Positions 16,283 to 26,121 of a DNA stretch of 35,343 nucleotides are shown piece after piece (position 1 is the first letter of the stretch; each line of letters opens with the position of its first letter). A model generated the notes under the pieces. That model had not been told where the DNA came from, ran no database searches, and saw nothing but the letters and a program-made list of their open reading frames with translations. Position numbers and translations under genes: made by a program. This DNA is from Methylibium sp. (lineage in GTDB: Bacteria > Pseudomonadota > Gammaproteobacteria > Burkholderiales > Burkholderiaceae_C). The stretch spans positions 1-35,343 of the forward strand of contig JANONH010000279.1 in assembly GCA_031420735.1 (NCBI GenBank), read 5' to 3'.

Positions 16283-18607
16283 ATGAGATTTTTTGACAAG
16301 TTAAAAGGTCGCGGCGACCGCAGCGGCGCTGCCTCCGACGGCGGCGATCTGGCTTTCGACGAGGCGTATCCCGGGGCGGACAAGGGCGTGGCGAGCGGCC
16401 ACGAGCCGACGGCGGCGCTCGAGAGCACGACCCTGGCCGGCAGCGCCCACGGCCGGGGCTTCGACACCTCGATCATCTCGGAGGCCTCGCCCTCCGAACT
16501 GCAGGGCGACTTCATCGCGACCCGCCGGCAAGACGAGCCGCGGCAAGCCGGCAGGGCGCTGCCGCTGATCGACGGCATGAACGCGGGCACGCAACAGCGG
16601 GTGCTGGGCGGCCTGCTCATCGTCGGCTTGATCGGGCTCGTGGCCGTGACGACTTTTTCCCTCAACGCAGCCAACCAGACCAATCGGCAACTGGCCGAAA
16701 CCGGCGATGCGCTGATGCAGTCGCAGCGACTTGCGAAGTCGGTGTCGCTCGCTCTCGTGGGCAACCGGGCCTCATTCGTCGAGGTCAAGGAAAGCGCGCG
16801 CGTGCTGGTCGCCTCGGCACGCGGGCTTCGCTCGGGCAGCGCCACGCTGGTGGCCGCGCCCGATGCGATGCAGCCCATGCTCGCCCCGATCATGCCGCTG
16901 ATCGACAAGGCCGAAAAGAACGCCAACACCGTGCTGGCGCAGCAGACCGCGCTCACCCAAGTGACCCAGTCCTTGCGCGCCATCAACCGGCAGTCGTCCG
17001 ACCTCCTTGAAATCGCCGAAACCGTCTCCTCGCTCAAGTTTCAGCAGGACGCCTCGTCGGCCGAGCTTGCCGCGGTCGGCCAGTTGGTCATGCTCACTCA
17101 GCGCATCGGCAAGTCGGCCAACGAGTTCCTCACCTTCGAAGGCGTCTCGCCCGAGGCGGTGTTTCTGCTCGGCAAGGACCTGAGCGCATTTCGCGAACTC
17201 GCGCAGGGCCTGCTCGACGGCAACGCCGAATTGCGCCTCGGCGCCACCCGCGACCCGGCGACGCGCGAGCGCTTGCAGGCCTTGCTGAAGCAATACGAGG
17301 AAAGTCGCGTGCAGGGTGGCGCCATCCTCGGCAACCTCCAGGGCCTGGTGGCCGCGCGCGAAGCGCATGCGCAGATCGTGGCCGACAGCGAACCGCTGCG
17401 CACCGGCTTGCACGGCATCCAGGAGCAGTTGCAGGCACGCTCGGGCTTCTCGGCCCTCAACATCGCGCTGCTCGCCGGCTCGCTGTTGTTGGCGCTGGCC
17501 GGCTTGGCAGGGTTGCTTTATGTCTATTTGCAAGAGCAGCGCCAGCGCGCCGTGCTCGCCGACGTGCAGCGCCGCGAAGCCGAGCGCCAGGAGCAGGACA
17601 CCAAACGCATCAACGACGCGAACCAGGCCGCGATCCTGCGACTCATGAACGAGCTGCAGACGGTGGCCGAAGGCGACCTCACGCAGCAGGCGACGGTCAC
17701 CGAAGACATCACCGGCGCCATCGCCGACTCGGTGAATTACACCGTCGAGGAATTGCGCACCCTGGTGTCGCAAGTGCAGGGCTCGGTCTCGCGCATGACC
17801 GAGACCACCACGCAGGTGGAGGCCACCTCCACCGAGCTGCTGGCGGCGTCGGACGAGCAATTGCGCGAGATTCGCGAAACCGGCGAGTCGGTGCTGCAGA
17901 TGGCCGAGCGCATTAACGGCGTGTCGGCGCAGGCCACCCAGTCGGCCCAGGTGGCGCGTCAGTCGCTGGTGGCGGCCGGCTCGGGCTTGCAGGCGGTGCA
18001 AGACGCCATCGGCGGCATGAACACCCTGCGCGACCAGATTCAGGACACCTCCAAGCGCATCAAGCGCCTGGGCGAAAGCTCCCAGGAGATCGGCGAAATC
18101 ACCGAACTCATCTCCGACATCACCGAGCAGACCAACATGCTGGCGCTCAATGCGGCCATCCAGGCGGCGTCCGCCGGCGAGGCCGGGCGAGGTTTTTCGG
18201 TGGTGGCCGAAGAAGTGCAACGCCTGGCCGAGCGTTCCGGCGACGCCACCAAGCAGATCGCCGCTCTGGTGAGGGCCATTCAAACCGACACCCAGGACGC
18301 CGTGGCGGCCATGGAGCGATCCACGCAGGGCGTGGTGGCGGGCGCACGGCTCTCCGACAACGCCGGCACGGCGCTTGGCGAGATCGACCGCGTTTCGCGC
18401 CAGCTCGCCGAGCTGATCGAGGACATCTCCAACGAGAGCTTGCGCGAGGCGCAATCGGCCAACATCGTGGCCGCCAACATCCAGCATATTTTCGCCGTGA
18501 CCGAGCAGACCGGCGATGGCACGCGCTCGACCGCACAGCTCGTGCGCGAGCTGTCCAAGACCGCGGAGGAGCTCAAGACCTCCGTGGCGCGATTCAAGAT
18601 CAGTTGA
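16283..18607 (+). CDS. pilJ: Methyl-accepting chemotaxis protein PilJ
   Basis: Start MRFFDKL; two TM segments flanking a periplasmic region; signalling tip [40 protein letters not shown]. Confidence 0.92.
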   Translation: MRFFDKLKGRGDRSGAASDGGDLAFDEAYPGADKGVASGHEPTAALESTTLAGSAHGRGFDTSIISEASPSELQGDFIATRRQDEPRQAGRALPLIDGMNAGTQQRVLGGLLIVGLIGLVAVTTFSLNAANQTNRQLAETGDALMQSQRLAKSVSLALVGNRASFVEVKESARVLVASARGLRSGSATLVAAPDAMQPMLAPIMPLIDKAEKNANTVLAQQTALTQVTQSLRAINRQSSDLLEIAETVSSLKFQQDASSAELAAVGQLVMLTQRIGKSANEFLTFEGVSPEAVFLLGKDLSAFRELAQGLLDGNAELRLGATRDPATRERLQALLKQYEESRVQGGAILGNLQGLVAAREAHAQIVADSEPLRTGLHGIQEQLQARSGFSALNIALLAGSLLLALAGLAGLLYVYLQEQRQRAVLADVQRREAERQEQDTKRINDANQAAILRLMNELQTVAEGDLTQQATVTEDITGAIADSVNYTVEELRTLVSQVQGSVSRMTETTTQVEATSTELLAASDEQLREIRETGESVLQMAERINGVSAQATQSAQVARQSLVAAGSGLQAVQDAIGGMNTLRDQIQDTSKRIKRLGESSQEIGEITELISDITEQTNMLALNAAIQAASAGEAGRGFSVVAEEVQRLAERSGDATKQIAALVRAIQTDTQDAVAAMERSTQGVVAGARLSDNAGTALGEIDRVSRQLAELIEDISNESLREAQSANIVAANIQHIFAVTEQTGDGTRSTAQLVRELSKTAEELKTSVARFKIS

Positions 18608-18668
18608 CCGGCGCGCGGCTGGCTGGCCTGTAGGCCGGGCCGCACACGGGCACGCAACGAGGCAGCGC

Positions 18669-21600
18669 ATGGACACCAGCCAATCCGATACCCAAGCCGA
18701 CGTCAGCGCCCTCGCCTGGGTCCAGGAAGAGTTGCGCAAGGTGCTCGACAGCGCGCACAAGGCGCTGCGGCGGACCCTGCGGGAAACCGAATCGACCTTC
18801 GACTCCGACCTCGACGATGTTGAGCCGACCGTGCTGCGCGCGGCGCGCCAGCACCTCCATCAAGGCGTGGGCGTGCTCGATCTGGTCGGGCTCCCGGCCG
18901 GTGCGGTGCTGCTGCGCTCGAGCGAGGCGCTGGTGCAGCGCTACATCGCCAAGCCGCACAAGCTCGACATCGCCGCGGTCGAGGCGATCGAGCGCGCGTC
19001 GTTCGCCTTGCTCGACCTGCTCGCGCGCCGACTGGGCGGCCGAGCGGTGTCGACGGTGGCCCTGTTCCCGCAGTACCGCGCCGTCCAAGAGCTGGTGGGC
19101 GCCGAGCGCGTCCACCCCGCCGACCTGTGGCCGCAAGACTGGCAATGGCGCTCGATCACGATCGAGGCCGACGTCGCGGCGCGCTCGGTCGATGCCGCCG
19201 CGGTGACCGACTTCGAAGGCCACCTGCTCGGGCTCATGCGCGGCAGCACGCCCGACGCACTCGAGCGCCTGTCGGCGATCAGCGCCGGCTTCGCGACCGG
19301 CGCCACCCATGCGCACAGCGCCACCTTGTGGCGGCTGGCCGCGGGCTACTTCGAGGCGCAAGCGCACAGTCTCTTCACGCCCGACGTCTATAGCAAGCGC
19401 TTGGGCTCGCGCCTTCTGGCGCAATTGCGCGCGCAGCAAAAAGGCAACGCCGCCGCAGGCGAGCGCCTGGCGCAGGACCTGCTCTTTTTCTGCATCTATT
19501 CGCGCGAGCCGGCGCACGGACAGGCGCCTCGCCTCGCAGCGGTTCGCCATGCCTACTGCCATGTCGGCGAAGCGCTGCCGCCCGATTACAACGTCGTCAC
19601 CCTGGGCCGGTTCGACCCCGCCTGGGTCGCCCAGGCCAAGAAGCGTGTGCTTGCCGCCAAGGACTCATGGTCGGCGGTGGCCGGCGGGGAAATGCACCGC
19701 CTGAGCGGCCTCAGCGAGCAGTTCGGTCTGGTGGCCGATTCGCTCAAGCGCCTGGTGCCCGGCGGCGACCGACTGGCCGACGCGATCATGCCAGTCATCA
19801 CGCAGTCGGTGCACACGGCCAGCACGCCGCAGCCGGCGCTCGCGATGGAGCTTGCCACCAGCATGCTCTACCTGGAGGCCGCGCTCGAAGACGGCTCCTT
19901 CGATCACGCCGAACAGGCCCCACGCGTCAAGCGGCTGGCCGAGCGCATCGACGCGGTGTTCCACGGCGCCAAGCCGCAAGCGCTGGAAACCTGGATGGAG
20001 GAGCTCTACCGCCGAGTGTCCGACCGTCAGACGATGGGCAGCGTCGTGCATGAACTGCGCCGCGCGCTGTCCGAGTCCGAGAAAGCCATCGACCAATTCT
20101 TCCGCGCTCCCGGCGAGCCTGCGGTGCTGATGCCGGTGCCGACGCAGCTTCAGGTCATGCGCGGCGTGCTGTCCGTGCTCGGTCTGGAGCAGGCCATGCT
20201 CGCGGTGCTGCGCATGCGCGAGGACGTCGATGCCCTGGTTGCCGCGGGCGAGGACGCGCGCCACCAACAGCCGCTGTTCGAGCGTCTGGCCGGAAACCTG
20301 AGCGCGCTCAGCTTCCTCATCGACCTGCTTGGCGTGCAGCCGCAGCTCGCCAAGTCGATGTTCCGCTTTGACGCGACCAGCGGTTTGCTCGCTGCGCAAA
20401 TGAGTCGACACACCACGCCCCTCGAGGACGCTGCGGCGACGCGACTCGAGCCGACGCTCATCGCGCAGGCCCAGGCGCTGGCCAGTTCGGCCGCCAGCCT
20501 GGACACGCCGCTGGACCAGGTGGCGCGCGAACTCAAGCGCCTCTCGCACGAGCCCGAAGTGCTGTTGCAAGCCGAACTCGCCGCCAGCCTCTCGAGCGCG
20601 CAAGCCGCCATCGACAGCGTGGCCGCACCGTTCGCCAAGCGCCGCACGGAGGCGAGCGCACGCGAGCAGGTTGCCGACGCGCTGGCCGACTTCGTGGCCA
20701 CCGCGTCCGACCCGGTCGGGCTGGAAGCGGCGCCGCCCGTTTCGGCGCCTTTGCCGCTCATGTCGCTCACCCCGGCGGCGGTCGAGTCGACCGGGCTCGA
20801 GGCCGACCCCGAAATGCGCGAAATCTTCCTTGAAGAGGCGCGCGAGGTGCTCGAGACGGCGCGTGTCTCGCTTCGGGCGCTCGAAAAAGACCCGTCCAGC
20901 GTCGAGCAACTCACCACCCTAAGGCGTGCCTTCCACACCTTCAAGGGCAGCTCGCGCATGCTCGGCCTGCGCGAGTTCGGCGATGCGTCCTGGTCGTGCG
21001 AGCAGCTCTACAACGCCGCACTGGCGACCCAGAAGCCCGCCACCACCGAGCTGCTGCAGACCACCGACGAAGCGCTCGACTTCCTCTCGGGCTGGGTGGA
21101 AGCGATCGCCGCCGGCAACACCGCCGGCTGGCAGAGCGCGCCGCTGTGCCGCGTTGCCGATTCGCTGCGCATCTCCGGGCGTTTCCTGAGCCTCGAGAGC
21201 GCCCGCTCGGATGCGCCCGCCCCGACCTCGGCACCGATCTCCTTCGTGCTGCCCATGGACCAACCGGGCGCAGCGGATGCAGAGGCGCCGATGGTCGAGC
21301 CCACGGCCGCGCCCGAGCGCGAGCCCGTGCCCGACGCCGCGGCTTTCGAGCCGGTCTTGGAGCTCGATTTCCGCTTCGACCTGGGCGATGTCGGTAGCCT
21401 GCCGGAAACCGTCGGCTCCGACGACGGCGTGGCCGCGCTCGAGGCCGCCGAGAGTCCCGCCGAGTTCACCGTTAGCCAGGCGCAGGGCGCCTTCGATGAA
21501 GTCGCAGCGCCAAAATTCGATGCGCTGAACTTCGAGGCATTCGATGCCGCCGAGAACGCGCTGTCGCCCAAGCCCTTCGAGGGCGCAGAGTTCGAGGCGC

Positions 21601-24600
21601 CTGTCGAGGCGATCGAGCTGGTGGACAGCCGCTCGAGCGCGGAGGATTTCGAGGTGGCCTTCACGATGGCCATGGAGTTGTCGCCCGCCGAAGCCGCCGA
21701 AGCCGGCTTGTTCTCCGAGCCGACCATCACGACGCTCGAGCTCGACATGCCCGAATCCGAGGCTGGCGCGCCGATGCGGCATGCGCTGCCGATCGAGTCG
21801 CTGCGTTCCACCGTGCCGGCCGCGCCAGACTTTGAAGAGGCTTCGGCCAACGAAGTTTTCGACGAAGGCGTGCCGGCCGCCGAGACGCTGGGTTTCGAGT
21901 CCGAGCAGCCGACGATCGAAGCCGGGGCATGGGCCGAAGCCTTGCAGCCCTTGCCGCCCTCGCACACCGCCGCGCCAGCCCAGGATGCCGGCTGGCTCGG
22001 TGCCGGGGCAGAGCCGCAGGCGCGCCAGCCCGAGGCCGAAGACAGCTTCGAGACGCCGGCGCCGCAGGAGGCCTACAACGAACAGGTGAAGATGATCGGC
22101 CCCCTGCAGGTCGGCATCCCGCTGTTCAATATTTACCTGAACGAGGCCGACGAACTGTCGCGTCGGCTGGGCAACGAGTTGTCCGAATGGGCGCTGGAGC
22201 TTCAGCGACCGGTGGGCGAGATCGCGATCGCGCTGGCGCATTCGCTGGCGGGCAGCTCGGCGACCGTTGGCTTTACCGACCTGTCTTCCCTGGCGCGCCA
22301 GCTTGAACACGCGCTCATGCATTCGCAAACGCTTGGCCGCGGGCGCGCCGACGACGCGCGTCTGTTCAACGACGTGGCCGATGAAGTGCGCCGGCTGCTG
22401 CACCAGTTCGCAGCTGGCTTCCTCAAGTCTGCGTCTCGAGATCTGCTCGATCGCGTGAACGCCTACGAGATCGAAATGGCGCAGCGGCTCGAATTGATGG
22501 CCGCCGTGCAGCACGGCGAGGAGCAGCACGAGGCGCTTGCGACTGCGCCGACATCGGTGCTGGCGTCGGTCGCCCTGGTGCCGGCGCCGGCCGAGCCGGA
22601 GCTCGGGTCTTTGGCAAGCATTGCGAGCGCAGCCACGGCGCCGCAGGTTAAAACCGAGCCGGTATCACTCGAGCCCGCATTGTCGGAGCCCCTGTTCGAG
22701 TCCGAGTCCGAGCCCGAGTTTGAACCGCAAGCTGCTTTGCTCGAGCTTCCCGAGCTTTCCGAGCCGTCCGCAGCGTCCGACGTGCCGGAAGCACCCGAGC
22801 GGCCCGAATCGCCCGAAGTGTTCGAGATGCCCGAAGTGCCGGCAGTGCAGCCGCTCGCCGCCACCGCGCAGCCGGTGCCTCCAGAGCCGCTTCGACCGAC
22901 CGTCTTCTGCGATTTGGGCCAATCCGTCTTCCACGCGTTCGTGCCGCCTACTTTCGATGCGCCGAGCAAGGTGAGCCGCGCCGCCTTCGACAGCGAAGAA
23001 GACCTGGACTCGGTGGACGTGGTCGACGCCGATCTGTTTCCCTTCTTCGAGGAAGAGGCGCTCGAGTTGCTGCCCCAACTGTCCTTGCACTTGCGCGACT
23101 GGACCGGGCAGCCCGGCGCGCTCGCGCATGCCACGGCGGCGATGCGCACCCTGCACACGCTCAAGGGCGGTGCTCGACTGGCCGGCGCCATGCGCCTGGG
23201 CGAGCTTGCGCATCGGCTCGAAACCGCCATCGAACATCTGGTCGCCCGCGAGGCGGCGACCGCGGTCGACATCGAGCAATTGCTCGACCGTGCCGACGGC
23301 ATGGGCGTCGCATTCGAGGCCTTGCGCCAGCGCGATGCCGCGGCCTATGCCGCCGCGCCGCATGCGCTGGCACCGCTCGTGGACACGCCCGACGTGCATG
23401 TCGTCAACACCGCGTGGCCACCGCTCGACGAAGCAACGCCAGCCTACGAGCCGAGCATGCCGCGGATGGCCGAGGAGCCCGCATGGCCCCCCGCCGTGCT
23501 GCAGGGTTCGCCGCATGGGCGGGCGCACGATGAGGAGACGGCAGGCCGTGCGAGCCCAAGCGTGCCGCAGGGCATCGATTGGGCGCGCTTCAAGCGCGGC
23601 GGCTCCGGCCTGCCGCTGGCGCCCGCCGAGCGCGCGCGCCTGGCGTCGGCGGTGCGCGTGCGCACGCAGTTGCTGGACCGCCTGGTCAACCAGGCCGGCG
23701 AGGTCAGCATCGCACGTGCGCGGCTCGAGGCCGAGATCGCCAAGATGAAGGGATCGCTCGGCGACCTGACCGACAACCTCGAGCGCTTGCGCCAGCAACT
23801 GCGCGACATCGAGTTGCAGGCCGAGACCCAGATGAGCACGCGCCTGGAAGCGGCCAAGTTCGCGGCGCAGTCCTTCGACCCGCTCGAGTTCGACCGCTTC
23901 ACGCGCTTCCAGGAACTCACGCGCATGATGGCCGAGTCGGTCAACGACGTCGCCACGGTGCAGCGCACCTTGCAGCGAACGCTCGAGACGGCGGAGGATC
24001 AACTGGCCGTGCAGACGCGCCTCACGCGCGACCTGCAAGATGACCTGCTGCGCACTCGCATGGTCGAGTTCGAAGGCTTGTCCGAGCGGCTCTACCGTGT
24101 CGTGCGTCAGGCGGCCAAGGAGACCGGCAAACAAGTCCGCCTCGACATCGTGGGTGGCTCGATCGAAGTCGACCGCGGCGTGCTCGACCGCATGACCGGC
24201 GCCTTCGAGCACCTGCTGCGCAATTGCATCACCCACGGCATCGAGTCTCCCGCGCGGCGCAGCGCCGCCGGCAAAGAGCCGGTGGGCAGCATCGTCGTCG
24301 CGCTGCGCCAGGAAGGCAACGAAGTGAGCGTCGAGTTCCGCGACGACGGCGCCGGCCTCGACCTCGGACGCATCCGCGCCAAGGGCGTGGCCAACGGGCT
24401 CATCGAGGCCCATGCGACGCCGAGCGACGCCGATCTGGCCAACTTGATCTTCATGCCCGGCTTCAGCACCGCCGAGTCCATTACCGAACTCGCCGGGCGA
24501 GGCGTGGGCATGGACGTGGTGCGCTCCGAGGTCAACGCGCTGGGCGGGCGCATCGAAACGGCCAGTGCCGCGGGCCAGGGCACGAGCTTCAAACTGGTGC

Positions 24601-25484
24601 TGCCGCTCACCACGGCCGTGACGCAGGTGGTGAGGCTGCGCTGTGGCGATGTCACGGTCGCGGTGCCCTCGACCCTGGTTGAACTGGTGCGCCGCGCAAC
24701 GCCTGCCGAGATCGAGGCCGCCTACGCGAGCGGTACTTACACGCACGCTGGCCACCCTCTGCCGTTCTTTTGGATCGGCGCCTTGCTGCAGCTGAGCGCG
24801 CGCGGCACTGAACTCCAGGCGCGCTCGCTGCCCGTGGTGGTGGTGCGCTCGGCACAGCAGCGCATCGTGCTGCACGTCGACGAAGTGCTGGGCAATCAGG
24901 AAGTGGTGGTCAAGAACCTCGGGCCGCAGCTCTCGCGCCTGCCCGGCTTGGCGGGGGTGACCCTGCTCGCTTCGGGCGCCGTCTCCCTGATCTACAACCC
25001 AGTGGCGCTGGCAACGTTTTACGGCGACGCTGCACGCAGCGCCATGGTAGGCGCGCGCGACGCCGAAGTCGGTGCGGCGCCAAGCAAGCGGCCGGCGATC
25101 GCCGCGCTGCGCGCACCTTTGGTGCTGGTGGTGGACGATTCGCTCACCGTGCGCCGCGTGACCCAGCGCCTGCTCGCGCGCGAGGGCTACCGCGTCACGC
25201 TCGCCAAGGACGGCCTGGACGCGCTCGAGCGGCTCGCCGAGGAGCGTCCGGCGGTGGTGCTCTCGGACATCGAGATGCCGCGCATGGACGGCTTCGATCT
25301 CGTGCGCAACATGCGCAGCGACCCGGCCTTGAGCGCCCTGCCGGTGATCATGATCACCTCGCGCATCGCTCAGAAGCACCGCGACTACGCGGTCGAGCTC
25401 GGCGTCAACCACTACCTCGGCAAGCCCTACGGAGAAGAGGAACTGCTGGCGCTCGTGTCGCGTTACTGCACCGCGCTGGCGTAG
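18669..25484 (+). CDS. chpA: ChpA/PilL CheA-like hybrid kinase (multiple Hpt, HATPase, CheW, REC), about 2271 aa
   Basis: Hpt motifs AFHTFKGSS, LAHSLAGSS, TLHTLKGGA; LDRLVNQAGE; HLLRNCITHGIE, DDGAG, GFSTA, GRGVGMDVV; C-terminal VVDDSLTVR...DIEMPRMDG. Confidence 0.93.
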   Translation: MDTSQSDTQADVSALAWVQEELRKVLDSAHKALRRTLRETESTFDSDLDDVEPTVLRAARQHLHQGVGVLDLVGLPAGAVLLRSSEALVQRYIAKPHKLDIAAVEAIERASFALLDLLARRLGGRAVSTVALFPQYRAVQELVGAERVHPADLWPQDWQWRSITIEADVAARSVDAAAVTDFEGHLLGLMRGSTPDALERLSAISAGFATGATHAHSATLWRLAAGYFEAQAHSLFTPDVYSKRLGSRLLAQLRAQQKGNAAAGERLAQDLLFFCIYSREPAHGQAPRLAAVRHAYCHVGEALPPDYNVVTLGRFDPAWVAQAKKRVLAAKDSWSAVAGGEMHRLSGLSEQFGLVADSLKRLVPGGDRLADAIMPVITQSVHTASTPQPALAMELATSMLYLEAALEDGSFDHAEQAPRVKRLAERIDAVFHGAKPQALETWMEELYRRVSDRQTMGSVVHELRRALSESEKAIDQFFRAPGEPAVLMPVPTQLQVMRGVLSVLGLEQAMLAVLRMREDVDALVAAGEDARHQQPLFERLAGNLSALSFLIDLLGVQPQLAKSMFRFDATSGLLAAQMSRHTTPLEDAAATRLEPTLIAQAQALASSAASLDTPLDQVARELKRLSHEPEVLLQAELAASLSSAQAAIDSVAAPFAKRRTEASAREQVADALADFVATASDPVGLEAAPPVSAPLPLMSLTPAAVESTGLEADPEMREIFLEEAREVLETARVSLRALEKDPSSVEQLTTLRRAFHTFKGSSRMLGLREFGDASWSCEQLYNAALATQKPATTELLQTTDEALDFLSGWVEAIAAGNTAGWQSAPLCRVADSLRISGRFLSLESARSDAPAPTSAPISFVLPMDQPGAADAEAPMVEPTAAPEREPVPDAAAFEPVLELDFRFDLGDVGSLPETVGSDDGVAALEAAESPAEFTVSQAQGAFDEVAAPKFDALNFEAFDAAENALSPKPFEGAEFEAPVEAIELVDSRSSAEDFEVAFTMAMELSPAEAAEAGLFSEPTITTLELDMPESEAGAPMRHALPIESLRSTVPAAPDFEEASANEVFDEGVPAAETLGFESEQPTIEAGAWAEALQPLPPSHTAAPAQDAGWLGAGAEPQARQPEAEDSFETPAPQEAYNEQVKMIGPLQVGIPLFNIYLNEADELSRRLGNELSEWALELQRPVGEIAIALAHSLAGSSATVGFTDLSSLARQLEHALMHSQTLGRGRADDARLFNDVADEVRRLLHQFAAGFLKSASRDLLDRVNAYEIEMAQRLELMAAVQHGEEQHEALATAPTSVLASVALVPAPAEPELGSLASIASAATAPQVKTEPVSLEPALSEPLFESESEPEFEPQAALLELPELSEPSAASDVPEAPERPESPEVFEMPEVPAVQPLAATAQPVPPEPLRPTVFCDLGQSVFHAFVPPTFDAPSKVSRAAFDSEEDLDSVDVVDADLFPFFEEEALELLPQLSLHLRDWTGQPGALAHATAAMRTLHTLKGGARLAGAMRLGELAHRLETAIEHLVAREAATAVDIEQLLDRADGMGVAFEALRQRDAAAYAAAPHALAPLVDTPDVHVVNTAWPPLDEATPAYEPSMPRMAEEPAWPPAVLQGSPHGRAHDEETAGRASPSVPQGIDWARFKRGGSGLPLAPAERARLASAVRVRTQLLDRLVNQAGEVSIARARLEAEIAKMKGSLGDLTDNLERLRQQLRDIELQAETQMSTRLEAAKFAAQSFDPLEFDRFTRFQELTRMMAESVNDVATVQRTLQRTLETAEDQLAVQTRLTRDLQDDLLRTRMVEFEGLSERLYRVVRQAAKETGKQVRLDIVGGSIEVDRGVLDRMTGAFEHLLRNCITHGIESPARRSAAGKEPVGSIVVALRQEGNEVSVEFRDDGAGLDLGRIRAKGVANGLIEAHATPSDADLANLIFMPGFSTAESITELAGRGVGMDVVRSEVNALGGRIETASAAGQGTSFKLVLPLTTAVTQVVRLRCGDVTVAVPSTLVELVRRATPAEIEAAYASGTYTHAGHPLPFFWIGALLQLSARGTELQARSLPVVVVRSAQQRIVLHVDEVLGNQEVVVKNLGPQLSRLPGLAGVTLLASGAVSLIYNPVALATFYGDAARSAMVGARDAEVGAAPSKRPAIAALRAPLVLVVDDSLTVRRVTQRLLAREGYRVTLAKDGLDALERLAEERPAVVLSDIEMPRMDGFDLVRNMRSDPALSALPVIMITSRIAQKHRDYAVELGVNHYLGKPYGEEELLALVSRYCTALA

Positions 25485-25936
25485 CCCTGCTGGCGCCAGG
25501 CGTCGAACACCGCGACTGCGACGGCATTCGAAAGATTGAGGCTGCGCTGCCCGGCGCGCATGGGCAGGCGCACGCGCTGCGCCGGCTCGAAACGCTCGAG
25601 CAGTTCTTGCGCGAGGCCGGCCGTTTCGTTGCCGAACACCAGCCAGTCGCCAGGCTGCCAGCAGAGCGCCGCAAGAGGGCGGCTGCCGCGGGTCGTGAAG
25701 GCGAACAGGCGCGCGGCCGCCGGAGTCTCCTGTGCGAGCAGTGCCGCCCAGGAAGCGTGGCGCAGCACCGCGGCATGCTCGTGGTAGTCGAGCCCGGCGC
25801 GGCGCAGCAGTTTGTCGTCCATGTCGAAGCCCAGCGGCTCGACCAAGTGCAGCCGGCAGCCGGTGTTGGCCGCCAGGCGAATCACGTTGCCGGTGTTGGG
25901 CGGAATCTCCGGCGCCACGAGCACGATGTTGAACAT
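25463..25936 (-). CDS. trmL: tRNA (cytidine/uridine-34 2'-O)-methyltransferase, SPOUT family
   Basis: PEIPPNTGNVIRL, RRAGLDYH, LVFGNETAGL, RSLNLSN. Confidence 0.95.
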   Translation of the reverse strand: MFNIVLVAPEIPPNTGNVIRLAANTGCRLHLVEPLGFDMDDKLLRRAGLDYHEHAAVLRHASWAALLAQETPAAARLFAFTTRGSRPLAALCWQPGDWLVFGNETAGLAQELLERFEPAQRVRLPMRAGQRSLNLSNAVAVAVFDAWRQQGYASAVQ

Positions 25937-26035
25937 GCGCCATTCTCGGGCCGACGAGTGCTTGGCGGCGCTTGCAGCAACTCAGTCGGCAGCTCCACCG
26001 AGCTTCGCACGACCCGCACCGCAGAAACACTCGGC

Positions 26036-26121
26036 ATCAAGCAGCCGCCGCGGACCGGCTCCGCCGGGCCGCCAGCGGGCGCCCCCTTGGGGGGAGCGGC
26101 GAAGCCGCAACGGGGGGCGTT
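26036..26121. repeat. Structured intergenic repeat, copy 2 (REP/MITE-like)
   Basis: atcaagcagccgccgcggaccggctccgccgggccgccagcgggcgcccccttggggggagcggcgaagccgcaacggggggcgtt; same orientation as copy 1; abuts the comF stop codon. Confidence 0.9.

Noticed and set aside
13415-26121. The two repeats as ends of a mobile element or genomic island carrying Pil-Chp, or as CRISPR repeats
   Set aside because: No integrase, transposase or cas gene; enclosed genes have host-like composition and ordinary synteny; only two distant copies and no spacer array.
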